Source of the DNA: a virus
Taxonomy: Duplodnaviria; Heunggongvirae; Uroviricota; Caudoviricetes
Direction: 5' to 3' (one strand)
Virus record (IMG/VR): IMGVR_UViG_2648501839_000008
Length of the DNA stretch: 64,000 nucleotides
In this document: positions 38,768-47,960 of the stretch, piece after piece
Numbering within the stretch: position 1 is the first letter of the stretch
How the letters are laid out: each line of letters starts with the position of its first letter
The notes under the pieces: model-generated
The model's input: the letters and a program-made list of their open reading frames with translations, nothing else
Database searches by the model: none
Told to the model about the DNA's origin: nothing
Made by a program: the position numbers and the translations under genes

Positions 38768-38791
38768 AGGTATTCACTTACTTATTATAAT
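38768..38791. promoter_or_regulatory. Class-B-like site in the divergent region between the ParB operon and the helicase module
   Basis: aggtattcacttacttattataat; contains a perfect TATAAT on the plus strand. Confidence 0.4.
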
Positions 38792-38830
38792 AGCCAAATA
38801 ACATACAAAAGGCACTAAGGAAAGAGGTTT

Positions 38831-40390
38831 ATGACTGTTCGGATTGTATCTAACGCAGTAAATGCGCTTATTTCTGGCGCAGATGACAAGGTAAAGCAAC
38901 TGGTGCAGCAAATGTTGAGCTACGAAGTCGAGACTGGCGACTGGAAGGGCACAAGCACGATGTTCAACTGGAGTAAAAACTCGTTCCCTGCTGGCTTTGC
39001 CAAGCCTGTAGCGGCGAACTTGAACAAGGCGGGCATCAAATGTGTTCATATCCGCAAAGACAAAGCCCCGGCGCTTGGTAAACCAAATCCGGCGGTTAAC
39101 CCATTCCCATACAATCCTGATTATGCGTATCAGGATCAGACTGTGGAAACACTGGTTCGAGAGGGAATGATGATTGCGCAGATCGCTACTGGTGGCGGGA
39201 AATCTAACGTTGCCTGCAAAGCAGCTGCACGTATCGGTCGAATGACATTATTTTTAACAACCCGCTCTGTTCTGATGTTTCAAATGGCCGAAAACTTCCA
39301 GAGATCCATCGACTACCGCGCCGAAAATGGCGAACCGTGGTTAAAAGACCAAAAGGTTGGAGTCATTGGCTCGGGTGAGTTCCAGGTATCACGACATATC
39401 AACGTCGCTACAGTTCAAACTCTTGCAAGTTTCCTCGAAGAACCACCACGCGATGCAACACCAGATAAGAAAAGCTACCACCTCAAACGTCGGGAGTTGG
39501 TGAAACGCTTCCTTTCAAGTGTCTCTCTTCTTATTCTGGAAGAGGCGCATGAGTCTTCAGGCTCAAATTTCTATGACATCGCCAGATTATGTGTGAACGC
39601 GGACTATCGTCTGGCGCTTACAGCCACGCCGTTCATGAAGGATTCGACGGAAGCCAACATGCGCCTGATGGCGGTGGCCGGGCGAATTGAAATTAAAGTC
39701 ACAGAAAAGTACCTGATTGATCGAGGCATTCTGGCAAAGCCGTACTTCCTTTATCATAAAGTTGCCTACAAGCCAGACGAGGCCAGAATCAAGGCCGAAC
39801 TTGCCAACAAACACCTCAATTTTAGAGTTGGTATGAGCACCGCCTACCAAAAGGCTTATCAGTTGGGGATCGTGTATAATTTGGGACGTAACGAGGCCAT
39901 TGTTCGCGAAGCATTGCTCTATAAGCAACATTCTCTCAATTGTATGACTCTGGTTCGTCTTAAACGCCACGGGCAAATCCTGATGGAAATGATGAAAGAG
40001 TCCGGCCTTAGAGTTGACTTCATCTATGGGGAATCTAACCAGGCGACAAGGCAAGCAAAGCTGAACAGTTTAGCGTCTGGAGAAATAGATGTTTTAATAG
40101 GCTCGACTATTCTGGATGTCGGTGTTGATGTGCCAAGCGTTGGTGCGGTCATTCTTGCTGGTGGTGGGAAAGCAGAAGTTGAAATGAGGCAGCGTGTCGG
40201 TCGTGGCTTACGAGCCAAAAAAAATCAGGCAAACGTGTGTTTTATCACTGATTTCATTGACATTAGCAACAAATACCTGTTGTCTCACTCTTATGAGCGA
40301 AAACACATCATCGACACCACACCTGGCTTTGCAGAAGGTGTATTGCCTATTGATGGAGCATTCGATTTTGGAGTTCTGAAACGAGATTAG
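38831..40390 (+). CDS. SF2 (DEAD/DEAH-box type) helicase
   Basis: Motif I ATGGGKS, motif II ILEEAHES, motif III LTATP, motif VI QRVGRGLR; RBS AAAGAGG. Confidence 0.7.
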   Translation: MTVRIVSNAVNALISGADDKVKQLVQQMLSYEVETGDWKGTSTMFNWSKNSFPAGFAKPVAANLNKAGIKCVHIRKDKAPALGKPNPAVNPFPYNPDYAYQDQTVETLVREGMMIAQIATGGGKSNVACKAAARIGRMTLFLTTRSVLMFQMAENFQRSIDYRAENGEPWLKDQKVGVIGSGEFQVSRHINVATVQTLASFLEEPPRDATPDKKSYHLKRRELVKRFLSSVSLLILEEAHESSGSNFYDIARLCVNADYRLALTATPFMKDSTEANMRLMAVAGRIEIKVTEKYLIDRGILAKPYFLYHKVAYKPDEARIKAELANKHLNFRVGMSTAYQKAYQLGIVYNLGRNEAIVREALLYKQHSLNCMTLVRLKRHGQILMEMMKESGLRVDFIYGESNQATRQAKLNSLASGEIDVLIGSTILDVGVDVPSVGAVILAGGGKAEVEMRQRVGRGLRAKKNQANVCFITDFIDISNKYLLSHSYERKHIIDTTPGFAEGVLPIDGAFDFGVLKRD

Positions 40391-40392
40391 TT

Positions 40393-40671
40393 ATGAGCGA
40401 AAAGAAAACAACTTATTGTCAGGTAGCATTGTCTGATAAGGCCAATGACAAACTTGGAAAGTTTCAAGTGAAACTAAAAGAAAAAAATATCAAAATGTCT
40501 AAGGCTGAAGTCATAAATACCATTCTGGAACAATTGACAATGGCCGACTTTGACAAGGTTATATCTTCTGTCGGGGCTTCCGCTAAGACTCGTGAGAAAA
40601 TCATGCGTATCTATGAGAACTCTAATATGACAAAGGAAGATCTCGAAACGCTATTAAGCAGATTAAAATAA
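40393..40671 (+). CDS. Small ribbon-helix-helix-like DNA-binding protein
   Basis: 92 aa; predicted beta-strand then two helices (TYCQVAL...KLKEKNIKMSKAEVINTILEQL). Confidence 0.4.
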   Translation: MSEKKTTYCQVALSDKANDKLGKFQVKLKEKNIKMSKAEVINTILEQLTMADFDKVISSVGASAKTREKIMRIYENSNMTKEDLETLLSRLK

Positions 40672-40697
40672 TCACGCTATCAATTAGGGAGACAAAG

Positions 40698-41162
40698 ATG
40701 AAGTCTCCCATACTGTTCACTTTCTGTTCTAAAACTATCATGAAATACTCGCTTCTCCCTCTACTAACGTTACCAGTGTTGATGCTTACCGCGTGCCAAT
40801 CACGCCCAATATCAATCCATGACGCCAAACCAGCACCGCAGGCCAAAGTGTTCAAGTATCAAAGCGCAGCGCCAGCTACGTTGGTGGTAATGAGAGACAC
40901 AGGTTTTGTAGGAGCTGGATGTGATGCTTCCATTTTCATCAACGGCGAAACTGTCGCAAAACTGGCTACAGGCGAAAAAGCGACTTTCCATTTAAATGCC
41001 GGAGAATTAATTGTGGGTGCATCTCTTGAAGGTGCAGGTTTATGTGCTCTAAACCCCGCTCGTCAAGAGCGAGAAACGACTCTGAAGAATGGAGACACAA
41101 AAGCGTTCAGGGTGTTCACCAGCAATTCTGGTGACATCGACATTCTGCCAACAACTCTGTGA
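40698..41162 (+). CDS. Lipoprotein
   Basis: Signal peptide with lipobox LMLTAC; GGGAG RBS. Confidence 0.5.
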   Translation: MKSPILFTFCSKTIMKYSLLPLLTLPVLMLTACQSRPISIHDAKPAPQAKVFKYQSAAPATLVVMRDTGFVGAGCDASIFINGETVAKLATGEKATFHLNAGELIVGASLEGAGLCALNPARQERETTLKNGDTKAFRVFTSNSGDIDILPTTL

Positions 41163-41166
41163 TGAC

Positions 41167-41691
41167 ATGACAACCAAAGATATTACCTACGGTATCCAAG
41201 CTGAACTCTGGCCGCGAGATTACACTAACGTTGAAAAACTACTGATGTTCTGGCGCAGAGAACAAATTCCTGTAAGGGTCACTCTCGAAGATGGCCAGGC
41301 GTTTTGCATGTACGTTTATGGCCTCATGCCATCTCGTAACAAAGTTGACCTTTGCCCAGCCCCTTTTGACAAAGAAAATCGTATAAGGCTCCCACTTGAA
41401 CGCATTAGTACAATTGAATCAGGTGTGGTTGACAGTATCGCTCACGATTTCAAAGGTCGACTAACAGTTCACCCTGATTATGTCGATAATCGGCCATCAC
41501 GCCGCGATTTTTTTGCAATTTGCAACCAAGCCTACAAAGCAAACAAATCTATAAGGGTGTACATGGCGGATGGCCGTGAAATTGAGGGGGTGTCAGCAGG
41601 CGCAGATGCTTGTCAGGTTACACTACGTGTCGAGAACGGTAGAAAAATAGTTGTTTTGTTCGATTGGGTTGAACGAATTTTGCCTTTTTGA
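41167..41691 (+). CDS. Hypothetical protein (174 aa)
   Basis: ORF track trimmed to the ATG at 41167 after the upstream stop. Confidence 0.4.
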   Translation: MTTKDITYGIQAELWPRDYTNVEKLLMFWRREQIPVRVTLEDGQAFCMYVYGLMPSRNKVDLCPAPFDKENRIRLPLERISTIESGVVDSIAHDFKGRLTVHPDYVDNRPSRRDFFAICNQAYKANKSIRVYMADGREIEGVSAGADACQVTLRVENGRKIVVLFDWVERILPF

Positions 41692-41694
41692 GTT

Positions 41695-42003
41695 ATGAAA
41701 TCGATATTGTTACCACCATTATTTTTACTTTGCTCAGTTGCGGCAAATGCAATGGACTATAAGCCTGTCATTCAGTCGCTGATGAATGACGTGTGCTCAA
41801 CGTCTCAGAATGTATCAGTTTGCATGTATCAATTTTCGGCAGCCGTAAAAGCAGGAAAAGCGATAGGTGAGAATGTGGAACTGTGTAAGAAAGTGGCAAA
41901 TGAAGAAAGGGCAATGTTGGATTGCGAATCTAGCGAGTCATCGGCACAGTTCGTTGATGCGCTATTTGACACCAATCGTAAGGCTGTAGAGTCTGTTCAA
42001 TAA
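41695..42003 (+). CDS. Small secreted Cys-containing protein
   Basis: Signal peptide MKSILLPPLFLLCSVAANA; 102 aa. Confidence 0.45.
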   Translation: MKSILLPPLFLLCSVAANAMDYKPVIQSLMNDVCSTSQNVSVCMYQFSAAVKAGKAIGENVELCKKVANEERAMLDCESSESSAQFVDALFDTNRKAVESVQ

Positions 42004-42194
42004 ATCTATAAGGTTAATAACCGGCTAAGTCCGGTTATTATTTTTCACATCACTTCTTTATATCTACAAATCAAATAACCTAAATATATATAAGGTCTAA
42101 AGCCGCAATCGATTATTTATTTAGGGAACACCTTCGACGATCTCGCTTTTATTTCTAGGACTTTCATCCCTGCAAAAAATTTTAAAAAAAACAC

Positions 42195-42222
42195 TTGCAA
42201 TCTTTTTTCGCGTATCGATAAT
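42195..42222 (+). promoter_or_regulatory. Sigma70-type promoter of the AT-rich moron
   Basis: TTGCAA-16 bp-GATAAT with an upstream A-tract (UP-like), about 65 nt before the ATG at 42288. Confidence 0.55.
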
Positions 42223-42287
42223 TGAACTCGTCGAAAGCGAAGACGCTAACGACAATAAATTTTAAATTTACATAAGGAAAAATTATC

Positions 42288-42938
42288 ATGGCTAACATTA
42301 TCATTTCTAAAAAATCCATCATTGAAGCTGCTTCCATTGTATCCGATGAACTGCGCGAAAAAGCAGATCTGGCAACTCAAACATATAACGAACATTATAA
42401 AAATGGTACGCACACTAAAGCAGACAAAGCAAATATGCAAGCTGCGACCACTAAACTTGCTTACTTCATCAACAACGTCGTAAACGCAGTAGAAGACGAA
42501 AAATTATGCTCTGTTTTCTACTATGCGATTAAAGCAAGCAAACAAGCGCCAGAAGTATTTTTCCGTGATGCAATGACTAATAGTTATTCTCTGGAAAAAC
42601 TGGTTTATCTGGTTAAATCAATTAAATCTGGTAAATGCGTTTATTCCATCGCTGATATGTCAGGATCTCGTGTATTCGCTTTAATCGATATGATTAACGA
42701 CGAGATCGACACGTTCACCAATGGCGCTGTTTTCGATTTAATGAATGAAGCTAAAAAAGCGTGTGAAATTAAATTGGACGCTGGCTATACTCAAGCCAAC
42801 CAGTTGATCAATCTTTGCGAACGTCTTGGACTTGTTGAAAAAGTCAAAGGAGCTGGGAGCGCGAAAGCTGGTACTCAGCAATATCGCTTCATTAAAAATG
42901 ATTTCTACAATTATTTAGCTGATGCTTTCAAAGCGTAA
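42288..42938 (+). CDS. Hypothetical protein (216 aa), AT-rich moron gene 1
   Basis: ORF track; RBS AAGGAAAAA; codon usage much more AT-rich than the flanks. Confidence 0.5.
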   Translation: MANIIISKKSIIEAASIVSDELREKADLATQTYNEHYKNGTHTKADKANMQAATTKLAYFINNVVNAVEDEKLCSVFYYAIKASKQAPEVFFRDAMTNSYSLEKLVYLVKSIKSGKCVYSIADMSGSRVFALIDMINDEIDTFTNGAVFDLMNEAKKACEIKLDAGYTQANQLINLCERLGLVEKVKGAGSAKAGTQQYRFIKNDFYNYLADAFKA

Positions 42939-42986
42939 TAAATGGAATCAAGCGCCCATAGTGGGCGCTTTAAAGGAGCTTTAAAG

Positions 42987-43190
42987 ATGGTCAGCTATGA
43001 CAAGATCCGCGCGGAATATCGCGCAAAGTATCGCGCTTATAAACTGGAATTAATCGATGATTTGATCGCGCAACGCGACCAATTAAATTTTACGTTTTCT
43101 GATTTGCTTAACAGCAAGCGAGATTGCAAGCGCAAACGTGAATACTTACGTTTAAGCGCATTAATCGGAAAACTTCAAAATTCTATTTAA
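42987..43190 (+). CDS. Small basic coiled-coil protein (67 aa), moron gene 2
   Basis: ATG at 42987 with AAAGGAG RBS; preceded by hairpin AGCGCCCATAGTGGGCGCT. Confidence 0.4.
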   Translation: MVSYDKIRAEYRAKYRAYKLELIDDLIAQRDQLNFTFSDLLNSKRDCKRKREYLRLSALIGKLQNSI

Positions 43191-43209
43191 TTTTTTAAGG
43201 AGCTTAATC

Positions 43210-43440
43210 ATGTTTGTTCTTATCGCTGGCGTTAACGTCCATAATGAATATTATGTTAATCGCATCGCTGGGATCGCTGGTTACGCTGGGCGCGCAGTCG
43301 AGCTTATAGATGAAACGACGCGCAAAATTGACTTATTGAGCGACCAGGAGCGAAAAAAAGCAGACGTGAACGACGCTGATATATTTTTAATGTTAAAAGC
43401 GTTTGTAGAAATGGGATTTAAAATCAGTTTACACAAATAA
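43210..43440 (+). CDS. Small protein (76 aa), moron gene 3
   Basis: ORF track; RBS AAGGAG. Confidence 0.4.
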   Translation: MFVLIAGVNVHNEYYVNRIAGIAGYAGRAVELIDETTRKIDLLSDQERKKADVNDADIFLMLKAFVEMGFKISLHK

Positions 43441-43445
43441 AATCG

Positions 43446-43470
43446 AGCGCCCACTATGGGCGCTTTTTTC
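43446..43470 (+). terminator. Rho-independent terminator of the moron
   Basis: AGCGCCCACTATGGGCGCT followed by TTTTTT. Confidence 0.7.
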
Positions 43471-43924
43471 GTTTCCAATACTCCCACCATAACGCGCCAT
43501 CATTAGCGCGTTTTTTATTGTCTTTAACTCACTCCAACAACATAAAAATAAGCGCCAAAATAACGCCATAGACGCGCTTTTATATCCTTACCAGTACATA
43601 CCCATTACTTAACACATTAACGCGCTTAAAACGCGTTATATTGCGCTATAGAGTATGGTTAATCATTGGCTTTTAGTCTTGCTTTATGATCCGCGTTTAT
43701 TTGTCGGCGCGGATCGGCATTTTGTTTTGTTCCGTATCCGCTCGCGTATTATGTGCGCGTGATTTTTCACATAATCACACCACTTAATCACGTATGTGAT
43801 TATGCTACGAAAGAAATCTGGATGTCTCAGGCGACGAAAGTCATCATAATTTTCGCCGCTCACCTGTCCGACAACCGCTGGTTGGATTCCACCAGCTTCC
43901 CGATGTTTTTTCTACATAAAGGCG

Positions 43925-44048
43925 AATGCAGCCGTTTCCCGAAAAAATCCTGGCCGTTTCCCGTCGGCTCATGAATGCTTTCCTCGCCGTTTCTGAAAAT
44001 TTCCCTGCGGCAGCTGGTGGCTATAGATAAAGGGCCGTTTCTGGCCCT
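43925..44048. repeat. Iteron-like direct repeats (GCCGTTTCCCG/GCCGTTTCTG family), cluster 1
   Basis: At least 4 copies (about 43930, 43953, 43985, 44033); same repeat family as 46820-46960. Confidence 0.5.
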
Positions 44049-44056
44049 CTTCTCAG

Positions 44057-44539
44057 TTACACGCCATCAAGGATGTGGATGCGGTTGCTTGCGTATACAT
44101 TCAGCATAAAGTTAGCGCAAAACAGTTTCCATGTGTCAACGCCAGCGGTATACGTAATGTTTTTGCATTTAATCGCATTGTTGGCGATCCGCATCCCCTG
44201 CGATACTGCTTCATCGTCGGAAAATTTGAACGACGATTGAGTTTTAATCCAGAAAGAAATCTGCGTAGCGAACTCAATCAGCTTGGACTGGCAGAATCGC
44301 CCGGAGCGCACCGGAAAGACGAACGTTCCGAATCCAGAATTTACCACATACGCTTTCTCAAATACCCGCGAGTAACGACGATTGCCAATGATGTCGCGTG
44401 CAATAATGCATTTTTCTTGTGCTGACAGTTCTACCGTCTCATTGTCGCGCCATGCACCAAGTACTCGTTTTTCAATGTCAGAGAACGTTACAGCGATATT
44501 GCCATGTGCGGGTGCGTTTACAGTAGCGATAAAATTCAT
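44057..44539 (-). CDS. Hypothetical early protein (160 aa)
   Basis: ORF track; terminator hairpin GGGCCAGAAACGGCCC just 3' of the stop. Confidence 0.4.
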   Translation of the reverse strand: MNFIATVNAPAHGNIAVTFSDIEKRVLGAWRDNETVELSAQEKCIIARDIIGNRRYSRVFEKAYVVNSGFGTFVFPVRSGRFCQSKLIEFATQISFWIKTQSSFKFSDDEAVSQGMRIANNAIKCKNITYTAGVDTWKLFCANFMLNVYASNRIHILDGV

Positions 44540-44560
44540 GATTAATTCCTTATCGTAAAT

Positions 44561-44593
44561 AACAAATTGTTTTCTTGTTTGTGTTAATTATCG
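44561..44593 (-). promoter_or_regulatory. Class-A site (palindrome plus extended -10-like element)
   Basis: aacaaattgttttct + gtgttaattatcg. Confidence 0.5.
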
Positions 44594-44743
44594 TTGTACG
44601 AATAAGGCGTCAAAGTGGAAAGTTGCGGTAGCCGGACGGGAACAGGTGGGTTTGTCGGTTGCCTGGAGGTAAGAGGTTGGTGTTTTTAGCCTGAGGGAAG
44701 CAGGATGGTCATTTAAGGCCACCAGCATTGGTGACCTTATTCT

Positions 44744-45031
44744 TCAGTGGAGCAGACCGATGTCGATGGTATCCCCTGAATCATCCACACGGATCATCAG
44801 CATGGCAAAGGCGTTTAGTGGATAGCTTGCGTGCCATTCAGGGAAGCGGTCATCTCGCATGAAGTCGGCAATGTCGTAAACGCATCCCTCAAAGTGGAAG
44901 AATCGCGTGCTTACCTGCTCATCATAATCCACATGATCCATTTCTTGCTGTTCTGTTTCCGGCAAGTCCAGCCATGATTCGAGGAATACATTTTGTGCTT
45001 TGGTGGTAATGGTGAAATCAGTCATGAGCAT
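44744..45031 (-). CDS. Small highly acidic early protein (95 aa)
   Basis: ORF track; about 20 Asp/Glu versus 5 Lys/Arg. Confidence 0.4.
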   Translation of the reverse strand: MLMTDFTITTKAQNVFLESWLDLPETEQQEMDHVDYDEQVSTRFFHFEGCVYDIADFMRDDRFPEWHASYPLNAFAMLMIRVDDSGDTIDIGLLH

Positions 45032-45044
45032 ATCCTCACTGCGT

Positions 45045-45110
45045 AAACATGTTGTTTTCTTGTTGTTGTAATTATCGCAGCGAGATAAAGGCAGAAAACA
45101 AATTGTTATC
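45045..45110 (-). promoter_or_regulatory. Class-A sites (two palindromes flanking TGCGATAATTA)
   Basis: aaacatgttgttttct + tgttgtaattatcgca + gaaaacaaattgttatc. Confidence 0.5.
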
Positions 45111-45153
45111 GGGCATAAGAAAATGGCGCGGTTTACGCGCCATTCAAAGAGGA

Positions 45154-45549
45154 TTAAGCGAATACGCTTTCAGGGATTAAGGTGCCGGCAGGAATGCCAG
45201 AGGTAATGCGCAGACCGTACTGGCCAATCCAGGTGGTGCTGGTGTTCAGGCTGGAGGCGAATACGGTGTTAACCATATTCATCATGGTTTCAAACACCTC
45301 TTCATCAACCTGGCGGAAGTAGTTCTCGATTTTCAGCAGCAGCGGGTCAGTTGCATCGAGAATGGACTGGTATTGAGTCGCGTACTCGCCGCCGGAGGCA
45401 TCACCTTTACGCACGATCGTACTGGCCTGGACTTCGGCACCAGTTTCGGTGTTGTACGTAACAACGGTGATTTTTGCCACATTCTTACCTTCGGCGGTTT
45501 CAGAGGCATAGTAAACATCAACTGTCAGTTTTTCGCGTTTAACGGTCAT
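45154..45549 (-). CDS. Hypothetical early protein
   Basis: ORF track trimmed to the internal ATG at 45549. Confidence 0.4.
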   Translation of the reverse strand: MTVKREKLTVDVYYASETAEGKNVAKITVVTYNTETGAEVQASTIVRKGDASGGEYATQYQSILDATDPLLLKIENYFRQVDEEVFETMMNMVNTVFASSLNTSTTWIGQYGLRITSGIPAGTLIPESVFA

Positions 45550-45591
45550 TTCACTCTCCGTAGTGTATTGGTTATTTTTATATTCTATGAT

Positions 45592-45613
45592 CGTAAGTAT
45601 GTACTTACAATAC
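45592..45613 (-). promoter_or_regulatory. Class-B palindromic site preceded by a terminator hairpin (45615-45641)
   Basis: cgtaagtatgtacttacaatac; adjacent GCCCCG...CGGGGC hairpin with a T-run on the minus strand. Confidence 0.4.
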
Positions 45614-45675
45614 AAAAAAGCCCCGTAAGGATGGCGGGGCTGTCGTACTGTCGACTAATTACCACTTGCACATTA

Positions 45676-45987
45676 TCAGGCTATTGCCATCACTGATGCT
45701 CTCTGAATTTCTTGCTGGGCCACGCGGTTAACTTCCATCAAGGCCAGTTCGAGCTGATGTTCCGGCCACATTCTTTGAAATGCCACCCATCCTTTTCCAC
45801 GCTGGCGACGAACATTCATTACATAACGAGTAAAGGTGTTTTTATCGAAAGACACCGCTGTTTCACGGAACAGACGAATAGAAGTTCCATTGGCAACGAT
45901 GTCTAGCAAAGTTAATTGAGCAACCAGTGCAGGCTTCTCTTTTCTCTTCTGGTCTTTGTCCAGACCAAGAACCAATGATTTTTTCAT
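45676..45987 (-). CDS. Hypothetical early protein
   Basis: ORF track trimmed to the ATG at 45987. Confidence 0.4.
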   Translation of the reverse strand: MKKSLVLGLDKDQKRKEKPALVAQLTLLDIVANGTSIRLFRETAVSFDKNTFTRYVMNVRRQRGKGWVAFQRMWPEHQLELALMEVNRVAQQEIQRASVMAIA

Positions 45988-45997
45988 CACAACTCCG

Positions 45998-46040
45998 TAA
46001 ACAACTTGTTTTCTCAATGGCGTAAATAATACCAGTAAGA
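45998..46040 (-). promoter_or_regulatory. Class-A site
   Basis: taaacaacttgttttct. Confidence 0.5.
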
Positions 46041-46140
46041 AAACGGCTACAAAGCATAATGATCAGGTGCATGATCGATATGCAGGTTCCTCCCAGCGGC
46101 TATAGAGAAATTAAGCCAGCAATGCTGGCTTTGGTTGGGA

Positions 46141-46470
46141 TTACGCGAATACCTCAAGAAACTCCTGAACGTCCCAATGCTGGACGAGGTGAAGATAGAC
46201 CTTAGAAATCACGTCATTTTCGCTATCGCATGTGAAGTAGTACTTCTGGCTGCGGTTGTATGTGTCCACACAAAATTCGCTCATATCCATAAAGTCAGCA
46301 TCTTCACCCATGTCGCAAATCATCAAAGCAGGTGCGTCATCACGAGTCATCAGCTCAAGCACCCACCGCGAATTGATCAGAGTGGAAGACCAACCTTCTA
46401 ACTCATAAAACTGATCAAACTCTTTTTGAGTTAATTTCTTGATTTGGTTGATGTCGATATTTGCAAACAT
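46141..46470 (-). CDS. Small acidic early protein
   Basis: ORF track trimmed to the ATG at 46470 (AAGGA RBS); the track start lies inside the class-A palindrome. Confidence 0.4.
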   Translation of the reverse strand: MFANIDINQIKKLTQKEFDQFYELEGWSSTLINSRWVLELMTRDDAPALMICDMGEDADFMDMSEFCVDTYNRSQKYYFTCDSENDVISKVYLHLVQHWDVQEFLEVFA

Positions 46471-46482
46471 AAAGCAATCCTT

Positions 46483-46520
46483 AAACAACATGTTTTCTTG
46501 ATGGTGTTATTATCGCAATA
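46483..46520 (-). promoter_or_regulatory. Class-A site
   Basis: aaacaacatgttttct + gatggtgttattatcgcaat (TGcGATAAT on the minus strand). Confidence 0.5.
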
Positions 46521-46819
46521 ACGCACAGGCGAAAAAGGATTTTATTCCGGTGAATGTGGTTTTGGCAGTGAGTTTTCAGGTTCAGTACCGAGTACACTTT
46601 TTACATTATTCTGATTTAGTGGCTGGTGGGCAGAATAATCCTCTCCCCGAAAACCTACTGAAATCGATTGTGACCCGTTGGCTGTCTGGCACAATTACGC
46701 TGTAGCTGGGCATTCAGAGGGAATCCAGCGGTAAGCAAGTCCGCCTACGTGAGCGCCTCTCTTCTTCCCGCACATTACAGGTGGGTAGCCGCAACTCTCC
46801 CTCTCGCTATACCGGTACG

Positions 46820-46960
46820 CCACCTTTCCTGAACCGGCATCGAGCCTTCTCCCGAAATCCACACAGGCAACTCGACCGTTTCCCTGAAAACCTCCAGCCG
46901 TTCCCCGAAGGCAACCCAGCCGTTTCTGTAGCGGGATGCAGCCTTTTCCCTGTATGGACC
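46820..46960. repeat. Iteron-like direct repeats with ~21-22 bp periodicity, cluster 2
   Basis: Five to six copies of cAGCCgTTtCCCtGaa-like units (46842, 46873, 46895, 46917, 46938). Confidence 0.55.
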
Positions 46961-46999
46961 GAAGGCTGACCGTAGGGGTGTTACGGGGGATAAAATCAG

Positions 47000-47960
47000 G
47001 AGTTGAATAAATACGAAAAAGGAGGCGACACCCCTCCTTCCCTCCCCACTTATACATACCTGGCTTCTTCGCTATGCATGTTGTGTTTTATCTGTCTCAA
47101 CCTCTCTATAGGCGTTAATGCTCACTCCTTCCAGAATGTTCTATACGGCGACTATTTCTGTTGGTGAATTGGGTGTGTTGTTTTCTCTGTCGGTGTATGT
47201 GGTTTCGTTCGTTTTGCGGTGGTTCTTCTATGGGGTGTTCTCGTCGTTTTGGTGATTGTTCTTCTCCATGTATGGAGTAATGGCAGGTGGGCGAATCCTT
47301 TCGTTATTGTGTTTGAGTTGTTTGTCTGGAGTGTGTGAAGGGCTTTTGTAGTTATTCGTGTATTGGGTAATGGCGTTTCCCGTGATTGTTATGTTTCGTG
47401 TCTTTTGGGATTGAGAGAATCCTTGCGGTTACAGGCTTCGTTGGGTTTTCAGTGATTCTGGTGTTTCTTCGCTGTTTGGGGAATGGCGTGTCGTGGGTAT
47501 CGCGCGTATGAATGTTTTCGGATTGCCTGTGAAAGTTAGGTTGGCTGTCCGGTAGCCTGGGGAGAAGAGGTGGGTCTTTTCGGTAGCCTGCCATAAAGAG
47601 GTTGGTTGTTTTGGGGAATGGCATGTGTGTTATTTAGTTGTTTTGTTATAGCTGAAAATAAGTTGTTTATATAGTTATGTAACGCAATGGGAGTGATTTT
47701 GAGCGTGTGTTTTTTCTTGGTAGTGTGTTGGGTCGTCTGTGGTGAAAATTGGACGCTGTGGCGCTGTCTGCTGCGTAGAATTACGGGTATAAGAAGTGAT
47801 GTGTGAATACGTCAATTTTTTAGACCAAATCGGGTGAAAGCGTTGACGTTTCGTTGATCTGTTATTTAGTTGTTTTCTTATTGGTATAAACAACGTTAAC
47901 CTATTGATATTTAAAGGTGTGATTGCAGGTATGGAAGAAGAGTAGTGGCGATCAACGGAT
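47000..47960. repeat. Noncoding, strand-biased (G+T-rich on plus) degenerate repeat region
   Basis: No credible ORF; recurrent GGGGAATGGCGTGT-like and CGGTAGCCTGG..GAGGTGGGT-like units; the latter also occur at 44615-44690. Confidence 0.5.

Noticed and set aside
43753-43974. 73-aa plus-strand ORF in the palindrome/iteron region
   Set aside because: Overlaps the repeat cluster, lacks an RBS and lies in an otherwise regulatory region
46695-47893. Minus-strand ORFs 46695-47057, 47352-47624 and 47675-47893 in the GT-rich region
   Set aside because: Translations are low-complexity (Pro/Arg/Thr/His-rich) artefacts of strand bias; no RBS or start context; region treated as noncoding
46820-47960. 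Possible CRISPR array
   Set aside because: The repeats are short, degenerate and irregularly spaced, with no uniform repeat-spacer architecture and no cas genes nearby
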